DNA of 33,580 nt. Source: Candidatus Woesearchaeota archaeon. Its GTDB lineage: Archaea > Nanobdellota > Nanobdellia > Pacearchaeales > GW2011-AR1. Location: contig CAZGCP010000001.1 in the NCBI GenBank assembly GCA_964524525.1, positions 1-33,580 on the forward strand. The letters run 5' to 3'. Positions 24,391 through 33,340 of the stretch are shown one piece after another. Both the position numbers and the translations under genes were made by a program. The notes beneath the pieces were generated by a model. That model saw only the letters and a program-made list of their open reading frames with translations, made no database searches and had not been told where the DNA came from. Numbering within the stretch: the stretch's first letter is position 1; each line of letters starts with the position of its first letter.

Positions 24391-24690
24391 ATGGAAAACA
24401 TATACGCTGCATTGTTACTGCATAAAGCAGGACAAGAAGTTAATGAAGAAAACTTAAAGAAAGTTGTTGCAGCTGCTGGTCTAGAAGCTGATGAGGGACA
24501 GATAAAGTCTCTTATAACAAGCTTAAAAGATGTTGATATAGACAAAGAACTAGAATCAGCAAGCATGGTTTCTGCTGCTCCTGCTGCCTCAAGTGGAAGT
24601 TCTGAGGGTGCTGAAAAGAAAGCAGAAGAAAAACCAAAAGAAGAAAAAGAAGAAGCTGCAGCTGATGGCTTGTCTGCTCTGTTTGGATAA
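24391..24690 (+). CDS. rpl12: Ribosomal stalk protein P1 (archaeal L12)
   Basis: 99 aa. MENIYAALLLHKAGQEVNEENLKKVV..., Ala/Glu/Lys-rich hinge, C-terminus DGLSALFG. Confidence 0.9.
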   Translation: MENIYAALLLHKAGQEVNEENLKKVVAAAGLEADEGQIKSLITSLKDVDIDKELESASMVSAAPAASSGSSEGAEKKAEEKPKEEKEEAAADGLSALFG

Positions 24691-24749
24691 TTTTTATTTT
24701 GAATTTTTTAAACAGGCAAGCCTTTCATATTCCTAGTTAGAACTATAAA

Positions 24750-24890
24750 ATGGGAAAAGAAAATATTCTAAGAAATGTTTCAGGAATTTCCTTTGTTTCA
24801 ATACTCTTCACACCGACTAACTCAAACTTAGGAATTTCTTTGTTCTTATTTGGTTTAATTATGGGATTCTTTTGGTTTTTAATGCAATAA
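24750..24890 (+). CDS. Possible small membrane peptide (46 aa)
   Basis: My translation is MGKENILRNVSGISFVSILFTPTNSNLGISLFLFGLIMGFFWFLMQ*. It fills an otherwise empty gap. No homology evidence. Confidence 0.25.
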   Translation: MGKENILRNVSGISFVSILFTPTNSNLGISLFLFGLIMGFFWFLMQ

Positions 24891-24928
24891 CAAAATCTTT
24901 ATAACATCATTTAATTTTTTCTTTATCT

Positions 24929-26866
24929 ATGGAATGGAATTTATACAAAAAAGGAGAATTTCTTGAACCATTAAAATTTTCAAACGGAAAGACACAGAAA
25001 GATGTTGTTGAAGAAATTTTGAAAGAAATTGAAAAAGGTGAAAGAGTAATTTTTATCCATGGAAAATGTGGCACTGGAAAAAGTGCTATTGCTTTAAATC
25101 TTGCTAAAGAAATAGGAAAAACATCTATTGTGGTTCCTGGAAAAAATTTACAACAACAATACAAAAAAGACTATGAAGATGAAAAATACATTTTAAAAGA
25201 AAACAAAGAAAAATTAAAAATTTCAGTTATAACAGGAAGAAAAAACCATAAATGTAAATTTCTCGAAGATAATAAAGAATTTTTTTCAAATTCAAAACAA
25301 GAAAAAAACACAAGTTTGCTTGATGTTTTTTCAAAAAAGAGAAATTCAATTAAAAAAGAAATTTCAGAGGATTCTTCTGCAGATAATAATAAACTTCCTT
25401 GTAAAATAGAAATAAAAGAAAAAAACATTGGCAAGATAAGGGAATATTTAAAACAAAATAAAAAAGTCAATATAAAAAATTTTGAAAAAATTTCTGATAT
25501 TAAAAGAATGTCTATTGCACCTGTTTGTCCTTATTGGTCCCCTGTTTTTCCAGAAGAATATGAAATAAATCTTGAAGCAGAAAAGAAAAAATATTATGGG
25601 CTAAATAATATCATTTATAATTATTATAAAAGAAAATCTGGATGCGAATTTTATGAGCAATTCCAATCATATATAAGCTCTGATGTTATTGTTTTTAATT
25701 CTCTAAAATATCAATTAGAATCTTTAATGAATAGAAAACCTTCTACAGAAATAGAAATAATAGATGAGTGTGATGAATTTTTAGATAGTTTCTCTAATAT
25801 AAAAAAAATAAATCTTGATAGGTTCTTGAATTCTTTAAATCCCCTTTATCTGGAAGATATTAATATTGAAAAAGTTAAAGAAATGCAAGAGATTTTAATT
25901 CATTTGAAAAAAGATAAAAAAGTAAAAGAATCCATAGAAAATTCAAAAATATTAAGATTAAAAGAAACCGGGATTTATGACTTGTTTAAAATCCTTCTTG
26001 AAGATGAAAAATTATTAAAAAATGTTGATGAAGAAAGCTATATTTTTGAAATTGAAAATATTGCTAAAATGTTCAAAGAATTTTTTAGTGAAACATTTAT
26101 AATTTTTGAAGAAAAAAATGAAAGCCTTATTGCAAATATTGTCACAATAAATCTTTCTAAAAAATTTTCTAATTTGTTAAACAAAAATAAAATTCTTATT
26201 CTGATGTCAGGCACATTACATTCTAGAGAAGTATTAAAAGAAATGTTTGGGATTGAAAATTTTAAAATAATAGAAGCAGAAACAAAACATCAAGGAATTA
26301 TAAAAATAAAAAGATTAGGAAATGAAAAAAATTGCAAATATTCAAATTTTTTTAATGGTACAATAAATAGAGAAGAGTATCTAAAAAATTTGGATAATTG
26401 TGTTGAGTCGGGTAAAAAACCTTGTTTAGTTCATATTAATGGATTTAATGATTTGCCTTCTGATTATGAAATAGAAAAACTAAATTTAAAGAATCTTATT
26501 GATAAAAGAAAATTAAAAGAACTTCAATTTGAAGATAAAACAGGGGAAAGAGTAAATGAATTCAAATCAGGAGAATTTGATGTTCTTTTTACAACAAGAG
26601 ATTCTCGAGGAATAGATTTTCCTGGGGAAGAATGCAATAGTGTTGTTTTTACAAAATATCCTAATCCTGATGTAAAAGATCCATTTTGGAAGATTCTTAA
26701 CAAAACAAAACCATTACAATATTGGAAATTTTATAAAGACAAAGCAAAGAGAGAAGTTTATCAAAAAATTTATAGAGGATTAAGATCAGAAAAAGACTAT
26801 GTTGAAATATTAAGTCCTGATTCAAGAGTGTTGGAAGCTTTTGAAGAAATGGAAAAAAATAATTAA
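24929..26866 (+). CDS. Superfamily-2 helicase, XPD/Rad3 (DinG)-like, with a Cys-containing insert
   Basis: 645 aa. Walker A HGKCGTGKSAIA, DExD-like IIDECDEF, C-terminal FTTRDSRGIDFPGEECNSVVFTKYPNP. Cys at NHKCKF, LPCKIE, APVCPYW and SGCEFY between motifs I and II, where XPD binds its 4Fe-4S cluster. Confidence 0.6.
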   Translation: MEWNLYKKGEFLEPLKFSNGKTQKDVVEEILKEIEKGERVIFIHGKCGTGKSAIALNLAKEIGKTSIVVPGKNLQQQYKKDYEDEKYILKENKEKLKISVITGRKNHKCKFLEDNKEFFSNSKQEKNTSLLDVFSKKRNSIKKEISEDSSADNNKLPCKIEIKEKNIGKIREYLKQNKKVNIKNFEKISDIKRMSIAPVCPYWSPVFPEEYEINLEAEKKKYYGLNNIIYNYYKRKSGCEFYEQFQSYISSDVIVFNSLKYQLESLMNRKPSTEIEIIDECDEFLDSFSNIKKINLDRFLNSLNPLYLEDINIEKVKEMQEILIHLKKDKKVKESIENSKILRLKETGIYDLFKILLEDEKLLKNVDEESYIFEIENIAKMFKEFFSETFIIFEEKNESLIANIVTINLSKKFSNLLNKNKILILMSGTLHSREVLKEMFGIENFKIIEAETKHQGIIKIKRLGNEKNCKYSNFFNGTINREEYLKNLDNCVESGKKPCLVHINGFNDLPSDYEIEKLNLKNLIDKRKLKELQFEDKTGERVNEFKSGEFDVLFTTRDSRGIDFPGEECNSVVFTKYPNPDVKDPFWKILNKTKPLQYWKFYKDKAKREVYQKIYRGLRSEKDYVEILSPDSRVLEAFEEMEKNN

Positions 26867-27612
26867 ATACCTTCGAGTCCTGAATAAAATTTCTCAGTTC
26901 CTTCTTCTATTTTTTTTAAATTTTTTTTATTAAAAAAAACTTCTTTCAAAAATAAATAAACAATTAATGAAATAAATATAATTGTTAATATAATCAAAAT
27001 AGGGAAAAATACTGTATTAGTTTCCAAAAGTTTTACTCCTAAATAAGATTGTATGAAAATTAAAGGAGCAATTCCTAAACCTGTTGCTAATAAAAATTTC
27101 TTTAAAGAGATATTTGTTAAACCATATAAATAACTAAAAATATCTGTAGAAGTTATTGGATTTACTCTTAATAGAAATAAGGAAAAAGCCCCATGTTTAT
27201 GAGAAAATTTATCAAATTTTTTTAATTTATTTTTACTTACATTTTTTTCAACATAAGACCTTCCATACTTTTTAACTAATTTAAAAACAATATATGCTCC
27301 AATCAAGTTACCTATTAAAACCAATATTCCTCCTAAAAAAGGCCCAAAAACAAGTCCTCCTGCAACATATAAAACTAAAGGGATTAATGGAGCTATAATT
27401 ACTTCTAAAACAACCAATAATATAAATATAAAACCTGCAAAAAAACCTAATGAACTTAAAAATTCCTGAATATCTGAAGGAGAGAGATGAAATAAATTAT
27501 GTATTAAACCTTCATTATAAAAAGAATAAAACATCCATGAACAAACAAAAAGTAAAATTATGATCAAAGGTAAAAATTTTCTTAATTTTTTATGGTTCTC
27601 TTTTTTATTCAT
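26863..27612 (-). CDS. TVP38/TMEM64-family (DedA-superfamily) membrane protein
   Basis: LEVIIAPLIPLVLYVAGGLVFGPFLGGILVLIGNLIGAYIVFKLVKKYGR...RVNPITSTDIFSYLYGLT. The track start at 27615 is TTG; the ATG is at 27612. Confidence 0.75.
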   Translation of the reverse strand: MNKKENHKKLRKFLPLIIILLFVCSWMFYSFYNEGLIHNLFHLSPSDIQEFLSSLGFFAGFIFILLVVLEVIIAPLIPLVLYVAGGLVFGPFLGGILVLIGNLIGAYIVFKLVKKYGRSYVEKNVSKNKLKKFDKFSHKHGAFSLFLLRVNPITSTDIFSYLYGLTNISLKKFLLATGLGIAPLIFIQSYLGVKLLETNTVFFPILIILTIIFISLIVYLFLKEVFFNKKNLKKIEEGTEKFYSGLEGI

Positions 27613-27673
27613 CAATAAAAAAACAAAATTAAATTATATAAATGTTGTCAAAATTTCCTTTATTAATTATCAA

Positions 27674-27706
27674 TTTTTTAAAGAAAACGCCCCCGCCCCG
27701 AATCGA
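27674..27706 (-). repeat. Distal copy of a 33-nt direct repeat. Includes a 19-nt copy of the tRNA-Ser 3' end (27688-27706).
   Basis: 27681-27706 is identical to 27802-27827 (offset 121 nt), and the flanking T-run also matches with one mismatch. On the tRNA strand it reads TCGATTCGGGGCGGGGGCG TTTTCTTTAAAAAA. Confidence 0.9.
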
Positions 27707-27794
27707 GCCTCACTCATTTCATTCGTTCAACTTGTTTCGTATTTCTCTGTGCTTGAAAAGGAAATTCAAAACAAACCTTGTTCGATTTCCCAAA

Positions 27795-27827
27795 TTTTTT
27801 TAAGAAAACGCCCCCGCCCCGAATCGA
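27795..27827 (-). repeat. Proximal copy of the 33-nt direct repeat (tRNA-Ser T-loop/3' acceptor plus trailer)
   Basis: See 27674-27706. The 27809-27827 part belongs to the intact tRNA-Ser. Confidence 0.9.
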
Positions 27828-27889
27828 ACGGGGATGCCCCGGAGGGCCTCGGTCTCAAGCCGAGTGCAATACCATTATGCGACGGAGGC
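27809..27889 (-). tRNA. tRNA-Ser (anticodon UGA), class II with a long variable arm, CCA not encoded
   Basis: Minus strand: GCCTCCG TC GCA TAATGGTAT TGC A CTCGG CTTGAGA CCGAG GCCCTCCGGGGCAT CCCCG TTCGATT CGGGG CGGGGGC G. Acceptor stem has one G-U pair. Discriminator is G. Confidence 0.85.
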
Positions 27890-27933
27890 TTAATTAACTA
27901 AAATATAAGAATAAAATGCAGTTAAAAATCTTA

Positions 27934-29409
27934 CTATTTTACAAAAATTTCTTTATGTCTTTTATAATAATCCTCTGCTTCTTTCAATCTTTTTTTAGAT
28001 TCTGAATAAATTGTCATGATTTTTTCTCCTTTTTTTACTTTCTCTCCTTCGTGAAAATATAAATACAATCCAGATTTTTTATCTACAGGACACCCAGAAA
28101 TTCTAGCAAGATAATTTATTTTTTTTGTATTTATTTCTTTTATTTCAAAAGAAATTTTTGAAATAATGTCTTTTTTATATTTTGCAGGTTTTAATTTATT
28201 AAAATTAGTATCTCCTTTTTGTGCTTTTATAATTTCTTTAAATTTTTCAAAGGCTTTTCCTGAATTAAGTATTTCTAAAGATTTTTCTTTTCCTTTTCCT
28301 TTTTTTACATTATTTGTTAACTCTAAAATTTCTCCTGAAAGTTCCACAGCTTTTCTTTTTAATTCTCTTGGGCCTTGATTTTTTGGGTTAAGAACTTTTA
28401 TCACATCTATCATTTCTAAAACAGGTCCCACACCACTCCCATAGGGTCCTTTGTTAAAAGAAAGAATGCATTTCATTTTAAGATTAAATTTTTTTGCAAG
28501 TTTTTCAAATTTTATTTTTAATCTTTCTGCTTTTTTCTTATCTACTTTTGCATATTTTCCATAAGGCAAATGTATTACTATGTGATTACTTCCTGAAGCT
28601 AATTTTTTTGACATTATAGAAGCTAAAAGTTGTGCTTCAGGATCTATTCCCAATAATTTTTCAACCTGAATAATCTTACTATCTGCAGGAACCATTTCCA
28701 AACCCCCACCCCAAACAACACATCCTTTTGTTTTCTTTACTATTTTTTCAACTTCTTTTGGACAAAATTCTACTTCACAAAGAGTTTCCATTGCATCCAC
28801 AGTTCCAGAAGGAGAAGTTATTGCTCTTGAAGAGGTTTTTGGAATAGTTAATCCAGCTGAAGCACATATTGAAACAACTAAGGGGGTTACTCTTCCTGGA
28901 ATTCCTCCAATAGAATGTTTATCTGCTATTATTTTATCTTTTAAATTTAACTTGTTTCCTGTTTCAATTATTCCTTCTATAAGATATTCTGTTTCTTTTA
29001 TATTCATTCCGTGTTGATACATTCCAGAAACAAAAACAGCTATCTCTGGTTCTGATAAAGAATTTTTAACAATGTCCTGCATAATCTCTTTTATTTCTCT
29101 TCTAGAAAGATGATGTCCTTGAAGTTTTTTCTTTATCCACTCCAAACTTTTTGGAGAAGATGCAAGATTTATATCAACTTTTTGATTTTTATTTAACTTT
29201 AATTTGTGTTTTATTTCTTCTGAAACTGCTATTTCATTATCCTTAAGCAATTTTCCAACAGTATCTACAACTGTAACAATTTCCTTTGTAGAAGTTTTTA
29301 TTTCGATTCTATCTTTTTTTCTTACTCCTAATTTTTTTGCAGTTCCCTCACTAATCATTGCAACAGGAGCCCCTGCATGCCATTTTAAATCTCTTACTTT
29401 TAAATCCAT
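27934..29409 (-). CDS. deoA: AMP phosphorylase (archaeal thymidine-phosphorylase family, DeoA-like)
   Basis: 491 aa. N-terminal extra domain (LKVRDLKWHAGAPVAMISEGTAKKLGV...DRIEI) typical of AMP phosphorylase. DKHSIGGIPGRVTPLVVSICASAGL.IPKTSSRAITSPSGTVDAMETL. Confidence 0.8.
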   Translation of the reverse strand: MDLKVRDLKWHAGAPVAMISEGTAKKLGVRKKDRIEIKTSTKEIVTVVDTVGKLLKDNEIAVSEEIKHKLKLNKNQKVDINLASSPKSLEWIKKKLQGHHLSRREIKEIMQDIVKNSLSEPEIAVFVSGMYQHGMNIKETEYLIEGIIETGNKLNLKDKIIADKHSIGGIPGRVTPLVVSICASAGLTIPKTSSRAITSPSGTVDAMETLCEVEFCPKEVEKIVKKTKGCVVWGGGLEMVPADSKIIQVEKLLGIDPEAQLLASIMSKKLASGSNHIVIHLPYGKYAKVDKKKAERLKIKFEKLAKKFNLKMKCILSFNKGPYGSGVGPVLEMIDVIKVLNPKNQGPRELKRKAVELSGEILELTNNVKKGKGKEKSLEILNSGKAFEKFKEIIKAQKGDTNFNKLKPAKYKKDIISKISFEIKEINTKKINYLARISGCPVDKKSGLYLYFHEGEKVKKGEKIMTIYSESKKRLKEAEDYYKRHKEIFVK

Positions 29410-29414
29410 TTTAA

Positions 29415-30446
29415 TTAGTTTTTTTGTATAAAAACATCTGGAGATTTTTTGTTTTTATATAATTCCAACACAATAAGAAGATATGCTAAAATAAGTGGAC
29501 CTAAAATTACCCCCAAAATCCCAAACATTAAAAGTCCCCCAATCATTCCAATTAAAATTATTGAAGAATTTAATTGAGTTCTCTTAGATATAAAAAGAGG
29601 TTTAAGCATATTTTCTATTAAAGCAGAAAAAATTCCAAAAATAAGTATCCCTATAGTTGCTATTGCATTCCCCTGAATTAAGAAATAAATAGTCACAGGA
29701 GCCCAAACCAAAGTAGTTCCGATAATAGGAAATATACCTGCAAGAGAAGCAACTAATGTTAAAAGTAATGCGTTTGGAACTCCAAAAATAAAAAATCCCA
29801 TACCAACAACTAAACCTTGTACAATACCTAAAAGAACTTGTCCATAAAGAACAGACAAAGTTATGTCTTTAGATGATTTAAAAAGTTTATTTTTAGTTTT
29901 TTCTGGAAAAGGCAATAAGTTTTGAATATATTCAAGCAATAATCTCCCATCTCTCAAAGCAAAAAAGAAAGTAAAAAGAACAACTAAAAATTGTAAAAAA
30001 AGCGTGGGAAAATTCATAATTAAGCTTGTAAAAGAATTCATTAGAGAATTAGTTGTTTTAGTAACAAAAGAGTGAATTACCGAGGCCATTTCAGTGGACA
30101 AATGTTCTGAAGAAAAAAATCCTGGAAGCAAAGTTTTTATGGGAGTTATGTAATCTGCTTGTTGAGAAGCAGTGTAAACCTTAATAGATTGATTAATAAT
30201 TACAGGGGTAAGATACCAAATAGGAATTACAATTAAAACTATTAAAATTAAACACATTAAAAAAGCTGCCCAATTTTTGGATTTTAATTTTTTTCTTGTC
30301 CAAATAAAAATAGGTGAAAAAATAAATGCTAATAAAATACCTGCAATTATAGACATTAAAATCGGTTCTAATAAAAAGAAAGACAAAACAATCAATACTA
30401 CTAATAATATTGAAACCATTACTTTTCTATAAATATCTTGTTCCAT
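29415..30446 (-). CDS. AI-2E family transporter (PerM/UPF0118) membrane protein
   Basis: 343 aa with about 8 TM segments. Typical layout, with the ...GIFPIIGTTLVWAPVTIYFLIQGN... block. Confidence 0.7.
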   Translation of the reverse strand: MEQDIYRKVMVSILLVVLIVLSFFLLEPILMSIIAGILLAFIFSPIFIWTRKKLKSKNWAAFLMCLILIVLIVIPIWYLTPVIINQSIKVYTASQQADYITPIKTLLPGFFSSEHLSTEMASVIHSFVTKTTNSLMNSFTSLIMNFPTLFLQFLVVLFTFFFALRDGRLLLEYIQNLLPFPEKTKNKLFKSSKDITLSVLYGQVLLGIVQGLVVGMGFFIFGVPNALLLTLVASLAGIFPIIGTTLVWAPVTIYFLIQGNAIATIGILIFGIFSALIENMLKPLFISKRTQLNSSIILIGMIGGLLMFGILGVILGPLILAYLLIVLELYKNKKSPDVFIQKN

Positions 30447-30532
30447 TTTTCCCTCTTTTAAATAAAGAGAATCTTAAATTTATAAAGGTTTGTTTGAAAA
30501 AAATTTATAAACTAAACTAATGTAAACATATT

Positions 30533-31243
30533 ATGAATTTCATAAAAAAAATTGTTGATAAGAATTTTGATGAGTCTGTGCATTTGCAATTTCAAAAATT
30601 TTCTAAAGGAGAATTCAAGAATAAAGCAATGATTGAAGCTAAAAATTCTAATGGAAAATATACAATTAAAACTTCTTCTGAATTTGCAAATGAACTTGTA
30701 AGGACAATGTCTAAAAAATTAGGAAATGAAAAAACAAAAGTTACTGGAGCGATTGTGTCTACACTTGATTTAAAGGAAGATTTAGATTATAAGGAAGTAA
30801 AACAGTTTCAAGGAGTTAAAAGATATTTAATTGATAAAGAAATGTCAGGAGAGGAAATAATAAATTTATTAGATAAGTTTCCAAAGAATTTTTTTGCTTT
30901 GAGTTTTTCTACTCCTGATGGAGATATTTTAAAAATAAAACCCAAAGCTCCAAAATCTGGAAAACCTGGTTCAAAGGGAGATGACAAACCAAAAGTAGAT
31001 TTTTGTTCATTAAAAACAACTGACAAAGAAATTGCTAAAGAATTTGTATTTGAAAATCCTGATTTCAAAAAGGCAGAAATTGCTCACAAATACATAATTG
31101 AAAAACTTGAAATACCTGAAGAAGCAAAAAAATCAGGAGATTTCAAAAAAATGAGAGAAGATGCTAAAAGAATGGGGCAACTTATAAGAAAAGCTGAAAT
31201 AGATGATTCTGTTGAAGAAAAAGAAATTGAATTGAAAGCTTAG
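30533..31243 (+). CDS. Hypothetical Lys/Glu-rich soluble protein upstream of the rpl3 operon
   Basis: 236-aa ORF with ATG start and coding-like composition. No motif recognised. Confidence 0.45.
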   Translation: MNFIKKIVDKNFDESVHLQFQKFSKGEFKNKAMIEAKNSNGKYTIKTSSEFANELVRTMSKKLGNEKTKVTGAIVSTLDLKEDLDYKEVKQFQGVKRYLIDKEMSGEEIINLLDKFPKNFFALSFSTPDGDILKIKPKAPKSGKPGSKGDDKPKVDFCSLKTTDKEIAKEFVFENPDFKKAEIAHKYIIEKLEIPEEAKKSGDFKKMREDAKRMGQLIRKAEIDDSVEEKEIELKA

Positions 31244-31343
31244 ATTTAACAACAACCTTTAAAAACCCTCATTTTCTCATTAATTTTATTCCAGGGAACA
31301 AATAAAATGAAATTCTCCGTATTTGAAAATATAATAATAGGAA

Positions 31344-32300
31344 ATGCCAAAAAGAAGATCGCCAAGAAAAGGAAGTTTACAATTTTGGCCCAGAAAAAGG
31401 GCTAAAAAGATTTTACCTAGTGTAAACTGGAATGCTATTAGTTCTGGAAAAAACCTCAAAGGATTTATTTGTTATAAAGCTGGAATGACTTCTGTTAAAG
31501 TAAAAGATAATACTCCTGATTCAAGAACTAAAGGAAAAGATATTCCAATACCTGCTACAATTCTTGAGTGTCCTAAATTAAAGATTTTTTCAGTTAGATT
31601 ACATAAAAACAAACAAGTTGTTTTAGACATATTAAACACAAATCTTGAAAAAGAATTAAAAAGGAAATTGAAACTTCCAAAAAATACTTCTGGAAAGCTT
31701 GAGGATATTAAGCCTGAAGAATATGATGATGTAAGTATTATTGTTTATACTCAAGTTAAGAAAACCGGATTGAAAAAGAAACCTGATTTATCTGAAATTG
31801 GAATTGTTGGAAATAATGTAGAAGAAAAATTAAACTGGGTTAAAGAAAATTTAGGAAAAGAATTTTCTATATATGATGTTTTTGAAGAAGGGCAATTACT
31901 TGATGTTAGAGGGTTGACTAAAGGAAAAGGAACTCAAGGTCCTGTTAGAAGATTTGGTATCCAATTAAAAGTTAGAAAATCTGAAAAGGGTAGAAGAAGG
32001 CCAGGTTCAATTGGTCCGTGGCACCCTGCTCGTGTTACATTCAGAGTTCCAATGGCAGGGCAATTAGGATTATTTACAAGAGTTCATTATAATCAAAAAA
32101 TACTTTCCTTAGGAAAATCTGAAAACCTAAAAGAAAGTTTAGAAGGAATCAAAAATTACGGAAATATTAAAACAGATTACCTAATTGTTTCTGGAAGTGT
32201 TCAAGGACCTTCAAAAAGACAAATTTTAATGACTTCTCCAATGAGGGAAAGTAAATTCCAAAAAAAGAAAAGCTATGAATTTGGAGGAATTATAAAATGA
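31344..32300 (+). CDS. rpl3: Ribosomal protein uL3
   Basis: MPKRRSPRKGSLQFWPRKRAKK...GYKAGMT...GKGTQGPVRRFG...GSIGPWHPARV...MAGQLG. Confidence 0.95.
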   Translation: MPKRRSPRKGSLQFWPRKRAKKILPSVNWNAISSGKNLKGFICYKAGMTSVKVKDNTPDSRTKGKDIPIPATILECPKLKIFSVRLHKNKQVVLDILNTNLEKELKRKLKLPKNTSGKLEDIKPEEYDDVSIIVYTQVKKTGLKKKPDLSEIGIVGNNVEEKLNWVKENLGKEFSIYDVFEEGQLLDVRGLTKGKGTQGPVRRFGIQLKVRKSEKGRRRPGSIGPWHPARVTFRVPMAGQLGLFTRVHYNQKILSLGKSENLKESLEGIKNYGNIKTDYLIVSGSVQGPSKRQILMTSPMRESKFQKKKSYEFGGIIK

Positions 32301-33106
32301 AATCAAAAATTTTAGATTTACAAGGAAAAGAAAAAGGAAATATAGATTTACCTAAAGTATTTGAAAAAAAAGTTAGAGAAGATATTGTTGCTAAAATAAT
32401 TGAAGCAAAAAAAACAATGCAACCTTACTCTCCAAGCCTTGTTGCAGGAAGACAATATTCTGCTCAAGGACAACAAATCCACAGAAGAAAAGTTTGGAAA
32501 AGTCAATATGGAAGGGGAATGTCAAGAATTCCTAGAAAGATAATGATGAGAAGGGGGTCTCAATTCCATTGGGAAGGTGCAGTAGTTCCAAATACCAAAG
32601 GAGGTAGAAGAGCTCATCCTCCAAAAACAATTTCTATGACCAATTTTCCAAAAATAAATAAAAAAGAATTAAAAATTGCATTTGAATCTGCATTATCAGC
32701 AACATCAAATGAAAAATATGTATTAAAAAAATACTCTTCCTTGAATAAATTAGATAAAAAAATACCTTTAATTATCTCTCTTTCAGAAAAAACAAAAATC
32801 AAAGAGATCTTAAAAGGATTAAAACAAATTCTTGGAGAGGATTTATACAATATTGCTGTAAAAAAGAAAAAAATAAGATCTGGAAAAGGAAAAATGAGAG
32901 GAAGAAAATACAAGGTATCTGCAGGAATGCTTTTAGTTACTGGAAATGAGGAAGAATTAAAAACAAAAATGTTTGAAGTTAGAAAAACAAAAAACCTAGG
33001 GATTATGGATTTAGCTGAAGGAGGATTAGGAAGATTAACAATTTATACTGAAAAAGCAATTAAAGATTTAAATGAAAAATTAAAAACAAAGGAAAATAAA
33101 AAATGA
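32297..33106 (+). CDS. rpl4: Ribosomal protein uL4
   Basis: ...AGRQYSAQGQQIHRRKVWKSQYGRGMSRIPRK...GGRRAHPPK... ATGA overlap with rpl3. Confidence 0.9.
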   Translation: MKSKILDLQGKEKGNIDLPKVFEKKVREDIVAKIIEAKKTMQPYSPSLVAGRQYSAQGQQIHRRKVWKSQYGRGMSRIPRKIMMRRGSQFHWEGAVVPNTKGGRRAHPPKTISMTNFPKINKKELKIAFESALSATSNEKYVLKKYSSLNKLDKKIPLIISLSEKTKIKEILKGLKQILGEDLYNIAVKKKKIRSGKGKMRGRKYKVSAGMLLVTGNEEELKTKMFEVRKTKNLGIMDLAEGGLGRLTIYTEKAIKDLNEKLKTKENKK

Positions 33107-33339
33107 AACCAGTATCAACTGAAAAAGCTGTAATGAAAATTGAAACAGAAAATGTTTTAACATTTGAAGTAGGAATAAATAAAACAAAACCAGAAATAAA
33201 AAAAGAAATTGAAGAATTATTTGAAGTAAAAGTTGAAAAAATAAGAATAAAAGTCATTGGAAATAAAAAATATGCTTATGTCAAATTAAATCCAAATAAT
33301 TTGGCTATTGATTTGGCAACTAAATTAGGATTAATGTAA
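33103..33339 (+). CDS. rpl23: Ribosomal protein uL23
   Basis: 78 aa: STEKAVMKIETENVLTFEV...TKPEIKKEIEELFEVKVEKI...KKYAYVKL. ATGA overlap with rpl4. Confidence 0.9.
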   Translation: MKPVSTEKAVMKIETENVLTFEVGINKTKPEIKKEIEELFEVKVEKIRIKVIGNKKYAYVKLNPNNLAIDLATKLGLM

Positions 33340-33340
33340 A

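Noticed and set aside
18400-27615. Track start codons at GTG 18400, GTG 19011, TTG 21801 and TTG 27615
   Set aside because: In each case an ATG lies 3-15 nt downstream (18415, 19020, 21789, 27612), with better spacing to TATA-like boxes or to the neighbouring gene's stop. The ATG coordinates are used instead.
27560-27901. Track ORF of 113 aa on the plus strand
   Set aside because: It runs antisense through tRNA-Ser and its duplicated 3' fragment, and overlaps the 5' end of the TVP38 gene. It is an artefact of the only GC-rich stretch that lacks stops.
31307-31343. Upstream ATG in the rpl3 leader
   Set aside because: It is out of frame with rpl3 and has no SD or conservation evidence. ATGs are common in AT-rich leaders.
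1003-33257. Antisense or overlapping shadow ORFs from the track: 1003-1197, 1983-2201, 7625-7825, 9766-9969, 11196-11465, 12678-12932, 14460-14645, 16204-16410, 19433-19969, 19747-19947, 20339-20548, 20841-21047, 21873-22097, 22788-23075, 24381-24566, 24907-25164, 25171-25470, 28166-28378, 29204-29431, 30808-31068, 32614-32913, 33060-33257
   Set aside because: Each lies inside or opposite a longer ORF with clear family motifs. Their translations are low-complexity (rich in F, L, S and I), as expected from the reverse or shifted frame of AT-rich genes.
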